From the NCBI RefSeq assembly GCF_009914755.1, contig NC_060933.1: a DNA stretch of 64,000 nt. The stretch is one strand, 5' to 3'. The notes below the pieces were generated by a model, which did no database searches, was not told the origin of the DNA, and saw only the letters and a program-made list of their open reading frames with translations. Source of the stretch: the human T2T-CHM13v2.0 reference genome, Homo sapiens. Below, piece by piece: positions 12,193 through 26,600 of this stretch. Position numbers and translations under genes: made by a program. The number at the start of each line of letters is the position of its first letter. Within the stretch, counting starts at the first letter, position 1.

Positions 12193-15100
12193 TACTCTCT
12201 CCATGTGTTTAAAGACGTTTTTCATTTTTTTTTTCATCATTGCCTGTTTTTCCCCTGCACTCAAAACATTTTATGGTATTTTTTTCTAATTGAAATGTTC
12301 ATGAAATTTTAATAACACAGATTTGGCATATCTATTTAGGTATTCTACATATACCTCTACTTCACAGATAAAAAGTATGAAGTTTGCTCTTTTTATTCAA
12401 AGTAAGTTAAGAATGACAGAAAAGTTAAACTAAAATCTAAGTTTAAAAGCTATTAAAATCTAAGTTTAATTAGATAAGTATATTTGTGGAATAACTTTTA
12501 ATGTAATTTGTTCATGTAAATTTTGTTGTTTCAAATTACATATGCAAAATAAAAATCTGTATAATACACATTAATATGAATGTAATTACATACCTAATCA
12601 TTCAAAACTGCTAGAAATATGAATCAATTTTAAAAAAATTTTCTCATAGTATATGAAGCTTTGAATTTTGCTTTATATGAGAAAATAATTTGTAAACTTC
12701 ACTAGCTGCAGTATTCATCCAGATATTGCCAACACTTTTTTCTTTTCAGCACTTGACATAAGTACTGATGTGTTGAATAACTTTTGTAGAAATAAATCAT
12801 ATAATATAGGCTATTTGCATTGAATTCTCAAAGTGTACAAAACATCCTGAAGAACTGAGGATCAAACATAACTAATAACCATAAGATAGTCAATGGCAGC
12901 ACAAAGGTAGGCAGGTTAAAGCCACATATTGTGGTAAGACTTCAAGATCCAGCAAAAAAATTGACAAAAAGTCCTCCAATCACAGTCATCTATTTGCCAT
13001 AGGTTTGTAACGTTGATCTTGCAAATATTTTGTTTATCATCATGAACTCAATACCAGTGCTTCTCATATCATACACAAGAAAACCCAACGAGAAAGATGT
13101 ATATTAAGCAATGAAATTTTGTTGGATAGAGTTCTTGGAGAGTTACAAACTTTTGCAATATGTCAGATTTGTTTACACTACGAGAACTAATTTTTGTACC
13201 CTTAGAAGAAGTATCATTCCAATAAACATATGTGACTTAGAAAATATTATCAATTAAATCATTTTTGGCATTTTTCATTGAAGTTCATATTCCCTAAAGG
13301 TTTTCAGAAGTTCCTATCCAAGTCAATTCTTATCAAATATAAAAGACCATCTTTGTTCTAAATTCATAAATTTATAAATATTGAATATTATTATGTAAGG
13401 AATTAACTTTCAGAGTGGTCCTGAACTCTGGCAAAGTTAGTTTGCCTCGGCCCTATAGATACTGAGTCCTTAAATGGAATGAGGTCTGTTTTAGCAAATC
13501 AGCTATTTAGTAGGTGGAGTTTTTCCTAGTTTCTCATTTTTTCTTCTAATGGAAGGTGTTCAAGAATGAAGCTGTTTTTCTTCATCATGGCCATATTTGG
13601 GATTGTAATAGACAATGACAAAAATTTCCATTCAGCTTTTAGTGAAAATCAGTAATGCCCATTTAGTTTACTGCTAAAACCACTGGGGTTCTAGTTTTTT
13701 AAGGTGCATGTAGATCTGGGGATTCAAGTTGCAAGAGCAGCATAATATCATCCTTTGCCTGGCACTATATTAACTATTTATGACTTCATCTCTAATCCTC
13801 CCTCTACTTTGTTATAATAGAAAATAAATAGCCTGGTGTCAAATACAGAGTCACATATTGAAATTCAAACTCTCCAATTCACACAGTTTGTAGGAATCAG
13901 ACAATTTACTATTCCCAAAAGTAGGGAATAATAGTCTCTGTCCCCCAAATAATCCTACAGCTTCAGTAGGATTAAAAAAATTGAAGCACAATTTTTTTAA
14001 TCCATTCTATCATTGATGGGCATTTGGGTTGGTTTCCTGTCTTTGCTATTGTAAATAGTGTTGCAATAAACATACACGTCCATGTATTTTTATAATAGAA
14101 TTATTTGTATTCCTTTGGGTATATACTCAGGAATAGGATTGCTGGGTCTAATGGTATTTCTGGTTCTAAATCCTTGATGAATCGCCACACTGTCTTCCAC
14201 AATGGTTGAAGTAATTTACATTCCTACCAACAGTGTAAAAGCTTTCCTATTTTTCCACAGCTTCACCAGCATCTGTTGTTTCCTGACTTTTTAGTAATTG
14301 CCATTCTGAGTGACATGAGATGGCATCTCATTGCAGTTTTGATTTTCATTTCTCTAATGATCAGTGATGTTGAGCTTTTTTCATGTTTATTGGCCACATA
14401 AATGTCTACTTTTGAGAAGTGTCTGTTCATGTCCTTTGCCCACTTTTCGATGGGGCTTTTTTTTTTTTGTGAATTTGTTTAAGTTCTTTGTCCATTCTGG
14501 ATATTAGACCTCTGTCAATTGGGTAGGCTGTAAAAATTTTCTCCCATTCTGTAAGTTGCCTGTTCACCATGATGATTGACAGTTTCTTTTGCTGTGCAGA
14601 ATCTCTTTAATTAGATGCCATTTGTCAATTTTAGCTTTGGTTGCAGTTGCTTTTGGCGATTTCATCATAAAATCTTTGCCCATGCCGATGTCCTGAATGC
14701 TATTGCCTACGTTTTCTTCTAGGGTTTTTATGGTTTTGGGTTTTACATTTAAGTGTTTAATCCATCTTGCATTAATTTTTGTATAAGGTGTAAGGAAGGG
14801 GTCCAGTTTCAGTTCTCTGCATATGGCTATCCAGTTTTCCCAGCACCATTTATTAAAGAGGGAATCCTTTCCCCATTCCTAAAGTACTCAGAAAGAGATT
14901 ATCTTTTCCAGTTTCCAATTTTATTTTATGAAAAAATGTGTCAGTTTTTACTGACATTTAACAGAGTATTAATCAAAATAATGATCAATTACTATTGTAA
15001 ATAATTTTACATTTTATGCTTTAAATATATAAATTATTAAATGTATTAATATGATTCACCAATGCATCACAATTATGAAATTTATTCAGTGACATATATT

Positions 15101-16384
15101 TTCAAAAAGGAAACACTATGCAGATAAAAGATAATCCACATTTTTGGGGGTCCAAACTTATTACTTGCCACCATTGCAAAGGCAGTTTTCTCACATTTTC
15201 TGTATGTGTTATCTTGATTTCTCTTTTCTGAGTCACTCTTCTGTCTACCCCAGTATGGCTTCTGCTGATTAATTCTATGAATCCAGCTCTCAGTAAGCTC
15301 TGCATTGCCATCTATTTTCTTGCTGTAGTGCTCAGTTTTAATTCACATTTTCCATAAGTTTATTGATTCCTTTTCTAAGCACATTTATTTTCTAAATACA
15401 CTTTTATCACCATTCCCTCTTGTCCTTCTAATGTTAAGGTATTCCACCTCTGTTTCCTTTGTGTCTCTTCTGTTCCCACACTTTAATGGTGGAAGATCCT
15501 CAGAATCCAGTTTAAGTCTTTTTTTCCCTCTCCACTTGCTCCCCATATGACAGCCTTCATTTGCGTCCTTTCCATTGCCAGTTATGAACTTCCAGATATC
15601 GTATTCCTTGGAAACTGCAAATTCACATATCTGACTTGCAATGTACATTTTCAATTACATGTTGAAGTCAGTTTACAGAGAATATCTCTGCTTTTATTTC
15701 CAGATATGTCTCAATCTACATTCTGCTAAGAGGAATTCATTGTTTTTTTACTTCCTCACATTATAGCAGTTAGCATCACTGATATTAATTCAGCATTATT
15801 ATTGTTTTTAGATTTCTTTCCTGAAAAAATCAAAGATACAAGAGAACAGGGACTGTATATTTTATGTTCACGTTTATATCCTGAAGGCAACATATAACCA
15901 GGTACAGAAAAAAATATATTTTTATAACTTGAATAAAATTATGATAGGTAACATAATTAAATCATCTATTTTTAAGTCAGGTTGTAAAGTCAGCCTTGGC
16001 ATTTTATCTTAAAGAATAAACAAACACAAGAAATTTTGTATAGTAAAAATTTAATGAAAAAGGAAATTAATATATTGGCTAAATATGAAGAACATATATT
16101 GTTACATTAACCACAATGTAAAGCGACTCATGATATTACATAAATTTTAAAAATAATTAAATAAATATTTAAACAAAAGATGAACAGAGACATCAGAATG
16201 GTCATCTGTAAAGGACTAGTGCCTGCACAGGTATACACGACACTTCTTTACACTGCTGAAAACATTTGAAAATTTTGATTCAACGCGTCGTGGTTATAGA
16301 AGTGAGTCTTTGAAATGGAAGAACTCATGAAAGTGTGAGATAATGTATTAGTCAATCAGGATCATTGCCATGTTGAACCAGTTT

Positions 16385-16954
16385 TCAATCCTTCCTCCTT
16401 AATCTTTTTTGCAAGTTTGTTGAAAACGAGAGGGATCTCATGATTTCTGCTCTGACAACCTCCCAGGCACAAGGGCTGTATTTCCTCTCTATTAGATAAA
16501 GAGTGATTCTTTGGAAGTATTTCCTCACAGCCAGGATGGAGTCCTCATTCATCAGGGGAGTCTCTTCCACCCCAACCTCCTGTATCACACATGCTTCCAG
16601 GTCATTCAGTTGCTGGTAAAGTTCAGTGGAAAATTTTTCTAGGAGGCTCTGTTCCCAAGCAGCAGATGAGTCCTCTGTGCTGAAGAGATTGAAGGTCTGC
16701 TGGATCATCTCATGGAGGACAGAGATGGCTTGAGCCTTCTGGAACTGGTTGCCATCAAACTCCTCCTGGGGGATTCGGAAATCATGTCTGTCCTTCAGGC
16801 AGGAGAAAGGAGAGATTCTTCCCATTTGTCCCAGGAGTATCAAGGCCCTCCTATTACCCAGGCTGTGGGTCTGAGGCAGATCACAGCCTAGAGAACAGAT
16901 GGATTTGTAGCTGAGCACCAGCACGGCCATAAGTAAAGAAAAGGACAGGGCCAT
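16385..16954 (-). CDS. IFNA10: Interferon alpha-10 precursor, 189 aa (intact Cys20 allele)
   Basis: Diagnostic LLGQM, DFRIPQ, YLIERKY; position between IFNA7 and IFNA16. Confidence 0.97.
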   Translation of the reverse strand: MALSFSLLMAVLVLSYKSICSLGCDLPQTHSLGNRRALILLGQMGRISPFSCLKDRHDFRIPQEEFDGNQFQKAQAISVLHEMIQQTFNLFSTEDSSAAWEQSLLEKFSTELYQQLNDLEACVIQEVGVEETPLMNEDSILAVRKYFQRITLYLIERKYSPCAWEVVRAEIMRSLSFSTNLQKRLRRKD

Positions 16955-17047
16955 TGGGATGTTGCAAATATTGCTAGGCTACTTGAGATGGATAACCTTG
17001 AACTTCGGCCTCTAGGTTTTCTGAAGACTTTGCTCTGTGCATAGGTC

Positions 17048-17125
17048 TTAAATAGTGAACATACTAATTTCCATTTTCTAAATGCCCTAGTTTTACTTTC
17101 TATCTCTGTTTTTGCTTTCTTTATG
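17048..17125 (-). promoter_or_regulatory. IFNA10 promoter: TATA and VRE-A
   Basis: Same purine-rich IRF modules and TATTTAA as IFNA7. Confidence 0.9.
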
Positions 17126-19047
17126 TACTCTCTCCATGTGTTTAAAAAGTTTTTCATTTTTTTTCATCATTGCCTATTTTTCACCTGCACTCAAAGCCTT
17201 TTATGGTTTTTTTTTAATTGAAATCTTCATGAAATTTTAGTAACACAGATTTGGCATATCTATTTATGTATATTACGTATACCTCTACTTCACAGATAAA
17301 AACTACAAAGTTTGCTCTTTTTATTCAAAGTAAAGTTAAGAATGACAGAAAAGTTAAACTAAAATCTAAGTTTAAAAGCTATTGACATTTATTTTAATTT
17401 GATAAGTATATTTGTGGAATAACTTTTAGTATAATTTGTTCATGCAAATTTTGTATCAAAGTACATATGCAAAATAAAAATCTATATAATACACATTAAT
17501 AATATGAATGTAGTTACCTACCTAATCATTCAAAACTCCTAAAAATATGAATCAATAATTTTTTAAAATTTTTCTCTTAGTGTATGAAGCTTTGAATTTT
17601 GCTTTATATGAGAAAATAATTTGTAAATTCACCAGCTGCAGTATTCATCCAGATATTGCCAAAACTTTTTTCTTTTCAGCACTTGACACAAGTACTGATG
17701 TATTGAATAACTTTAGTAGAAATAAAACATATAATGTAAGCTATTTGGATTGAATTCTCAAAGTCTACCAAACATCCTGAAGAACTGAGGATCAAACATA
17801 ACTAATAACTATAAGATAGTCAATGGCAGCCCAAAGATATGCAGGTTAAAGCCACATACTGTGATAAGACTTTAAGATCCAGCAAAAAATGGACAAAAAG
17901 TCCTCCAATCACAGTCATCTATTTGCTATAGGTTTGTAACATTGGTCTTACAAATATTTTGTTTATCTTCATGAACTCAATACCAGTGCTTCTCATATCA
18001 TACACAAAAAAACCCAATGAGAAATATGTATATTAAGCAATAAAATTTTGTTGGATAGAGTTGTTGGAAAGTCAGAAACTATTGTAATATGTTAGATTCA
18101 TTTACACTACGAGAACTAATTTTTGTACCCTTAAAAGAAGTATCAATCCAATAAACATATATGACTTAGAAAATAGTATGATTTAAATCATTTTTGGCAT
18201 TTTACATTGAAGTTCATATTCCCTAAAGGTTTTCAGAAGTTCCTATCCAAGTCAATTCTTATCAAATAAAAAAGACCATCTTTGTTCTAAATTCATAAAT
18301 TTATAAATATTGAATATTATTATGCAAAGAAATAACTTTCAGCATGATCCTGAACTCTGGCTCTAACTTTTTTTTTTTTTTTTTTGTGTAAGAAGTTTTT
18401 TTTTGTATAAGTAGGCCCTATAGATACTGAGTCCTTAAATGGAATGAGGTCTGCTTTAGCAAATCAGCTATTTAGTAAGTGGAGTTTTTACTAATTTCTC
18501 ATTTATTCTCATTTTTAAATGGACTATACAATGGTTCTATATGGCATTCACAACAGCAAATATATTTATATTTCTCACTTAACTTTTCCTAGAAGGTAAA
18601 AGTGGTCTGATTTTCACCTTAATTTATGGGAACAAAAAGAAAACAAATGTATGTCTAAATGTGATAAACATGTAAGAGGAGAAATACCTAATGTAAATGA
18701 CAAGTTAATGGGTGCAGCAAACCAACATGGCACATGTATACCTATGTAACAAACTTGCACGTTGAGCACATTTAACCTGGAACTTAAAGTATAGTACAAA
18801 AAAAAAAAAGATGACCAGAGGGGAACTTAGAAAATATCTTGAGAGAGGTGAAAATGAAAACACAACATACCAAGACGTATGTGATGCAGTGAAAACAGAG
18901 CTAAAGGGGAAATTGAAAGCTGTAAAAGCTTATATTAAAAAAGAAGAAAGACCTCAAACCAATGAACTAACTTTACAAGTTAAGGAACTAGAAAAGAAGA
19001 AATAAACACACAGCTAGGAAGAGGAAGAAAATAAGAAAGACTAAAGC

Positions 19048-19636
19048 AGACCCCAGGTCTTCATCCTTACTTCTCAGTCCTTGCAAGTCTGTTGATGAAG
19101 AGAAGGATTTCATGATTCCACTCTGACAACCTCCCAAGCACAGTCACTGTATTTCTTCTCTTTCAGGTAGATTCTCTGGATTCCCATGGATTCCCTGGAA
19201 GTACCTCCTCAAGGCCAGTGTAGGGCCCCAAACACCCCCACAGATTCTTCCTCTCCTGTTGCCTGCCCTAAGCAAGACTCCAGGCATTCGAGCTGCTGAT
19301 GAAATCCAGTGTGGAGCTGGTCCAGGAGGGTCATGTTCCAGGCAGCAGAGGAGCGCTCTGTGGGGAAGAGGCTGAAGATCTGCTGAAGCATCTCATGGAG
19401 GACAGACAGGGCCTGGGCCTTCTGCAACTGGCTGCCATCCACATCTCCAGGGGGAACCTGAAGTCTCTTCTGTCCTTGAGACACAAGAAAGTGGAGATTC
19501 TGCACATTTGGCCCAGAAGTGCCAAGGTGTTCCTGCTAAGTAGGCCACGGTTCTGAGGCAGGTCAAAGCCCAGAGATCCAACAGGGCCACAGTGGCAAAG
19601 CAGCAGGGCCACCAGTAGAACAAGCAGTAGGACCAT
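19048..19636 (-). pseudogene. IFNWP18: Interferon omega pseudogene
   Basis: Near-identical to 512-1100 with the same frameshifts, duplication and 3' junction; lies between IFNA10 and IFNA16. Confidence 0.88.
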
Positions 19637-19756
19637 TGGGAAACGAGGGTGCTGCTGGCCTAGCTGAGCTGGGGTCGGGATGAACCCCGCACTCCAGGTT
19701 CTCTCAAGGCATTCTTTTTATATGCATGGCTTATAGCTGGAAACAAATAGTTTTCA

Positions 19757-22700
19757 GGATTGGCCAAGATGGCCGACTGGAACCTGCTAGTGTGTGCCAC
19801 TCTCATGGAGAGAAATGGAAGGGGCAAGTAAATACAGCACCTTCAACTGAAACAACCACGTACACACATTGAGACTCAAGAAAACAACTTGACCCATGGA
19901 GAATAGAGCAAAGTAAGGCAGGACAACTGCCCCCCCAGGAGTGACACAGAGCCAGGGGAGCCTCTCCTGCCCAGGGAAGTGGTGAGTAAGTGAGCAGCCC
20001 TGGGGACCCACGCTTCTCCCACAGATCTTTGCAATCCTCAGGTCAGGAGATCTCCTAGTGAACCCACTCTACCAGGGCGTTTAGTCTGACATCCAGGGCT
20101 ACGTAGGGTTCCAGCAGAGCAGCCGCTCTCGCATGCATGGGTACCCTGGAGCCTTAGATACCCAGGCCTCCCCACAAAAGAAGCTATAACTCCAACCAAG
20201 CAGGACGCTACACGCCTGTACATACCCGTAGGAAAGGGGTTTCATCCAGGGCGCTGGGCAGTGACAAGTGGCAGGCCCACCTTCCATTGCCTGTCTCAGG
20301 GTAAGACCCACTGGCTTGGGAATCCAGCCAGACACTGGTAGCAGCCTCATACCTCCCTGACATGGAGCTCCCAGCGGCAGTGGGTGGGCTGCCATCTTTG
20401 CTATTTCACAGTCTTAGCTATTGGAGCCTTTGGGTTCTAGTGAGTTCAAGGCAGCTAGGGACTGGAGCAGCCACCCAGCCCAGCCCAGCAGCTCTACGGA
20501 GAAGCAGTCAGATTGCTTATTCATGTCGATCCCAAATCCTGCTTCTTTTCACTGGGTGGAATCTCCCCACTGGGGTCTCCAGTCACCTCCACCGCTGTTT
20601 TCTGCAGACAGCAGTTTCGAATATCCCTGGGATGGCGCTTCCAAAGGGAAGGGTGGGTTGCCATTGTTGCTGTTTAGCAGCCTTAGCCATTCTTGCAAAT
20701 GCCACTCTTTTGTGCTGGGGGTGGTAGCAGACCCCCAGCACAGCACAGCTGCTCTACCAAAAGGTGGCCAGACTGTTTCTTCACCTGATTCCCTGATGCT
20801 GCTTCTCCTCAGTGGGTGGGATATCGCCACCGGGGTCTCCAGCCACCTCCTGCATGTATGTTGCAGGAGGCAACAGGTTGTACCTCTCTGGAACAGAGCT
20901 CCCAGGGGGAGGGGCAGGTCCCCATCTTCACTGTTTCATAGCCTTCACTGTTGATATCTTCAGGTACTGAAAAATGTGAGGTGACTATGGTCTGGATTGG
21001 ACCCCCAGCATATTGCAGCAGCCCTATGGAAAAGTGGCCAGACTGTGTGTTATGTGGGTCCCTGATCCCCTCTCTCCTCACTGGGAGGGTCTGCCAGGCC
21101 TGGGTCTGCAGCTACCACCTGGGGCTATTGAGCCAACAGCAGCTCTGCAATTCCCTGGAACAGAGCTCCCAGTGAAAATGGTGGGTTGCCATCTTTGCTT
21201 TCTCACAGCTCTTGCCCTTGCTGTCTCCAGGCTCTGGGAAGTCTGTAAGGAATAGCGGCTGCTCCAGATCCCCAAAACAGAGCAACTGCCTCACAGAAGA
21301 GTGGCCACACTGTTCTCCACGCAGTTCCTGGTTGTCACCTCTCCTCTGTGGGCAGAGCCACCTGACCAGAGACTCCAGCATAGGCACCCTTCCCCTGCCT
21401 CATCTCCTCAATCAGGCAGTCCAGCATTTCTCCAAGAAAGAAATCCCACAGTCAGCCCACAATCCATCCATCATGACCGTTGCAGTGGGACAGCCCCAGC
21501 ATCCCTCCGGCTGGGGAAGGAACAAAGGGCCTATTCACTACACTCTCACCTCCAGCACATCATAGCCACTATACAAAGAGGAGTCCAGCCCCTCTTCCCT
21601 GAGAATCCCCATCCCTATTCTTCAGGAGTCAGGACCCCCAGCGCATGACTGCAAAACAGTCACCCTACCCATGGCTGAGCATATCCACTGGTAGTTGACT
21701 AGAGTTTCCCTGGGGAGAGGCTCCCAGAGCCAGCCTACCTCTGCCACTGCCACAGCAGCAGTTTTATCCCTGCTGCCTTGGGTCTGGGGAGGAGACAAAG
21801 AGTCCGAAGCTCTTTGTTTAAAAGCTTACATCATGCCACAGTCACCTGAACTTCCAGCACACTGCAGTTACCACATGGTGAGGAGAACAGTCTCCTGCTG
21901 GTAAGATTTCCACCTCCTGTTTCCCAAGAAGTGAAGTCCCATACTTACACCAGCAGTGCAGCCACCCCACTCCTCTGGCTAAACACTCCCATTAACATGG
22001 CTTCACATTTCTTGGAGGTGGAGACCCCAGGGGTAACAGAAAGCCTGTCTTAACATTGCCTCTGCAGTGGTACTACCCCAGCTACCTTGGAACTAATGAA
22101 GGAGCAAGACCCCAAGTGCCTTATGCATACCTCCAACAAGCTGCTGTCAACCCAAGAGAGGAGGCCAGTCTGTCTCCCATTGGTCAACCACCCACCCCTC
22201 ACATCACCAGGCAGGGAACCCCTGTCTTGGGCCCACAGCACAGACACCCCCATCCGAAGCTGAATGCACTGAGTGATTGCTCACCTGCATCTCTTTGGTG
22301 GAGCCCCCAGGAGACAAGCAAAAGACCCTCAGTTACAAGTACTACTAAGTTCTCTTCCTTTAATGCCTCCAAGTCGGGGAGAAAACATTAACCCTGAGAT
22401 CACCTCAGAGCTGTTATGTACAGCCTGGGAGTGCCAAGATACAAGCTACAGTCAGCACTCCAGTGGGAGAGGAGCCCACACTTTCATAGCATTGAGGAGC
22501 ACGGCTGCAAACGTGAGGAAATACGGGGGAGCCACATGACTGAGCAAGAGCCTGACAACTGACCACTATACCTAAGACTCACCTACTAGGTCATGCCCAA
22601 ACCTTCAACACTAAAAAATCTCACTAACACACCCTCATTAACCAAAGACAAGTCAACTTCAAATAAAGACCCTGCACAAAGCTGCAGCCCTGTGAACACA

Positions 22701-23346
22701 TCCAGAACCGAAGTCTATTTATTGATTGAACTCAAGCTACACTCCCATATGTAGAGATGAGAAAGAACCAATGGAAGAACTACAGTATCTCAAATGGACC
22801 GAGTATCTGATGTCCTCCAAATAATCTCACTAGTTCTCCAACAAGGGTTCTTAACCATAATGAGTTAGCTAAAATGACAGAAATATAATTCAGAATAGGA
22901 TAGAAAGGAATTTCATTGAGATTCAGGAAAATGATAAAACCTAAACCAAGGAAACTAAGAATCACAATCAAATGAGAGCGGAGTTGACAGACAAAATAGC
23001 CAGTATGAAAAAGAACCTAACGGACCTAGTAGATGTACACACTACAAGAATTTCACAATGCAATCACAAGTATTAACAGCAGAATAGACCAAGCTGAGGA
23101 CAGAATCTCAGGACTTGAAGACTGGCTCTCTGAAATAAGACAACCAGACAAAAATAAAGAAAAAAGAATGAAGAGCAATGAACAAAACCTCCAAGAAATA
23201 GGGGATTGTATAAAGAGGCCAAATCTAAGAATCACTTGCATCCTTTAAAAAGACAGGGAGAAAGCAAACAACTTGGAAAATATATTTCAGGATATCATCT
23301 ATGAAAACTACCACAACCTTGATAGAGAGACCAAAAGTCAAATTCC
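19757..23346 (+). mobile_element. Paralog of the old L1 5' portion
   Basis: Colinear with 1219-4808; ORF track 23033-23248 is ORF1-like. Confidence 0.85.
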
Positions 23347-26300
23347 CTTGAAGTTCTACACCCAGATTGGCAGGCTGTTCTAATTCCTAGTGTAGCACAA
23401 TCCATAGAGGAAGGGATAAGTTAGGAGGCCCCGGGGAGGCTGGGCAGGCTGGAGGAAAGGGACACATCCTGACCCTTTGTCTTTCCCCATAGCTGTCCAT
23501 TGCCCCAAGATGACATGTCATGCCTGAAGCTGGGAGTATTTTCTCTCTCCACGATACAGAAGTTGAGGAAATGGGCTAATTCCACTACCAGGGTCCATGC
23601 TTTCTTGGGAAGAGCCTCTTTTTAGCTGTGAAATTAAATCTCCTGCCAGGAGGCCTACTTCTGCATTAACAGCCTGCTCTCCACAGACTTGGCTGCTGTC
23701 TTGGTGCACTTTGACCAGTTGGGGGCTCTCTTTCCCTGTAAATGTTGTAAGAGTCTCAAAGTAAAATGGAACCTGCCTTTTATTTCCTTTTTTGCTAAGC
23801 TACTGTTATGTCATTGTAACAGCGACATTCTGTCTTTTACAGAAATAGTCATCATAAGAAAGGAAAAAGAGTATTTTATAAAAGAGCTTCTGAAAAACCT
23901 AGAACTTTCACTGAACTTCTGCTTTAATTTGTGATTTTGTGCTCTTAAGGGGAAAGTGATGGGTAAAACCCACAAGAGAACTGAAAACAGCTGTATGAAG
24001 AGGCAGTGCAGGCTAATGATGAGTGAAGAAGAGAGCACAGTGCGCATTTCTAGAGGAAGAGGAAGGAAACTAATGTGATATGGGAGTGAAAAACGGGACA
24101 CAGAAAAGCAGGGAGGAAAAGGGAAAGTGTGTCAGCTCTCAGAACCAGCAAAGATATATATTTTACTTAAGTTTAGGAGAGTAACTTCATATGGGAGTGT
24201 ACTCTGGGATTCTGAGAGCCAGGAAACAAATGTTCCAGGTGCCAGAATCAGTTAACCATCGACACGTGTATTCTGCCCTTCAATCTAGATGCTGCTCCTC
24301 TGACAGGTATTTATACAAGCCACCATTCCTGACTGAATATAAATGGGACTTTGAAATGAGGTGAGAATTTTTCAGCCTCTCTAGAATTCATGACAGAATT
24401 CTGTTGTTTTAGGCTGCCTAAAAACAGTATATACAAGCAGAATGGAATTTCAATGTAAAATAAGTTATTATTTTTACCGGATGTGTAAATTTTGTGTTAG
24501 GATTTCCTTAATAATTATTAATCTCCTTTTTTCCTCATTTATACGCAACCATCTCCTGCTCTCTGAATTTCCTTGGTTCATGTTGTATTTTCAGCTGATT
24601 TTGACCAACTTTCTTTTTAAATTTTGCTGTAAGTTCCGGGATAGGTGTGCAGAACGTGCAGATTTGTTACATAGGTATACATGTGCCATGGTGGTTTGCC
24701 TCACCTATCAACTCGTCACCTAGGTTTTAATCACAATTTGTTTTAATCCAGTGTATTATTGATGGGCATTTGGGTTGGTTTCGTGTCTTTGCCATTATAA
24801 ACAGTGCTGCAATACACATACACGTTCATGTATTTTATAACAGAACGATTTATATTCCTTTGGGTATATAGTCAGTAATGGGATTGCTGGGTCAAATGGT
24901 ATTTCTGGTTCTAGATCCTTGATGAATCGCCACACTGTCTTCCACAATGGTTGAAGTAATTTACATTCCCTCCAACAGTGTAAAAGATTTCCTATTTTTC
25001 TACAGCTTCACCAGCATCTGTTGATTTTGACTCTTCAATAATTGCCATTCTGAGTGGCATGAGATGGTATTTCATTGTGGTTTTGATTCGCATTTCTCTA
25101 ATGATCAGCGATGTTGAGTTTTTAAATGATTATTGGCCTCATAAATGTCTACTTTTAAGAAGAGTCTGTTCATATCCTTCACCCACTTTTTAATGGGGCT
25201 CTTTGTTTTTGTAAATTTAAGCTCTTTTTTGTACATTCTGGATATTAGACCTGTGTCAGTTGGGTAGGCTGCAAAGATTTTCTCCCATTCTGTGGGTTGC
25301 CTGTTCACTCTGATGATGGATAGTTTCTTTTGCGTGCATACGTTCTCTAATTAGATGCCATTTGTCAGTTTTAGCTTTTGTTGCAGTTGCTTTTGTCGAT
25401 TTCTTCATAAAATCTTTGCCCATCCTGTGTCCTACATTTTTTCTAGGGTTTTTATGGTTTTGGGTTTTACATTTAAGTCTTTAATCCATCTTGAGTTAAT
25501 TTTTGTATAAGGTGTAAGGAAGTGGTCCAGTTTCAATTTTCTGCCTATGGCTATCCAGTTTTTCCAGCACCATTTATCATCATTCCTTCTAAATACATTT
25601 TATCATCATTCCCTCTCGTCCTTCTAATGATAAGGTATTCCACCTCTGTTTTCTTTGTGTGTCTTCTGTTCCCCCACTTTAATAGTGGAAGTTCCTCAGA
25701 ATCCAGTTTAAGTCTTTTTTTCCCTCTCCGCTTGCTCCCCACATGACAGCCTTCATTTTAGGCCTTTCCATTGCCAGTTATGAACTTCCAGATATCGTAT
25801 TCCTTGGAAACTGCAAACTCATATATCTGACTTGCAATGTACATTTTCAATTACATGTTGAAAGTCAGTTTATAGAGAGTATCTCTACTTTTACTTGCAG
25901 ACATTTCTTAATCTATGTTCTGCTAAGAGGAATTCATTGTTTTTTTTTACTTCCTCACATTACAGCAGTTAGTATAACTGATATTAATTCAGCATTATTA
26001 TTGTTTTTAGAAACATTTCCTGACAAAAATCAAAGATACAAGACAACAAGAACTGTATTTTTTATGTTCAAGTTTATATCCTGAAGGCAACATATAACGT
26101 GGTATAGAAAAATATATTTTTCTATAACTTGAATAAAATTATGATAGGTAACTTACTTAAATCATCTATTTTTAAGTCAGGTTATACAGTCAGGCTTGGT
26201 ATTTAATCTTAAAAAATAAACAAACACAAGAAATTTTGTATAGTAAAAATTTAATGAAAAGGAAGTTAATATATTAACTAAATATGAAGAACATATATTG

Positions 26301-26600
26301 TTACATTAAGCAAAATGTAAAGGTACACATGATATTACATAAAACATGATTTAAACCTTAAAAATAGTTAAATAAATAAATATTTAAATAAATAGATGAA
26401 TAGAGACATCAGCATGGTCATCTGTAAAGGACTAGTGCCTGCACAGGTAAACACGATGCTTCTTTACACTCCTGAAAACATTTGAAAATTTTGATTCAAC
26501 TTGTGGTGGTTATAGAAGTGAGTCTTTGAAATGGAAGAACTCATGAAAGTGTGAGATGATGTATTAATCAATGAGGATCATTTCCATGTTGAATGAGTTT

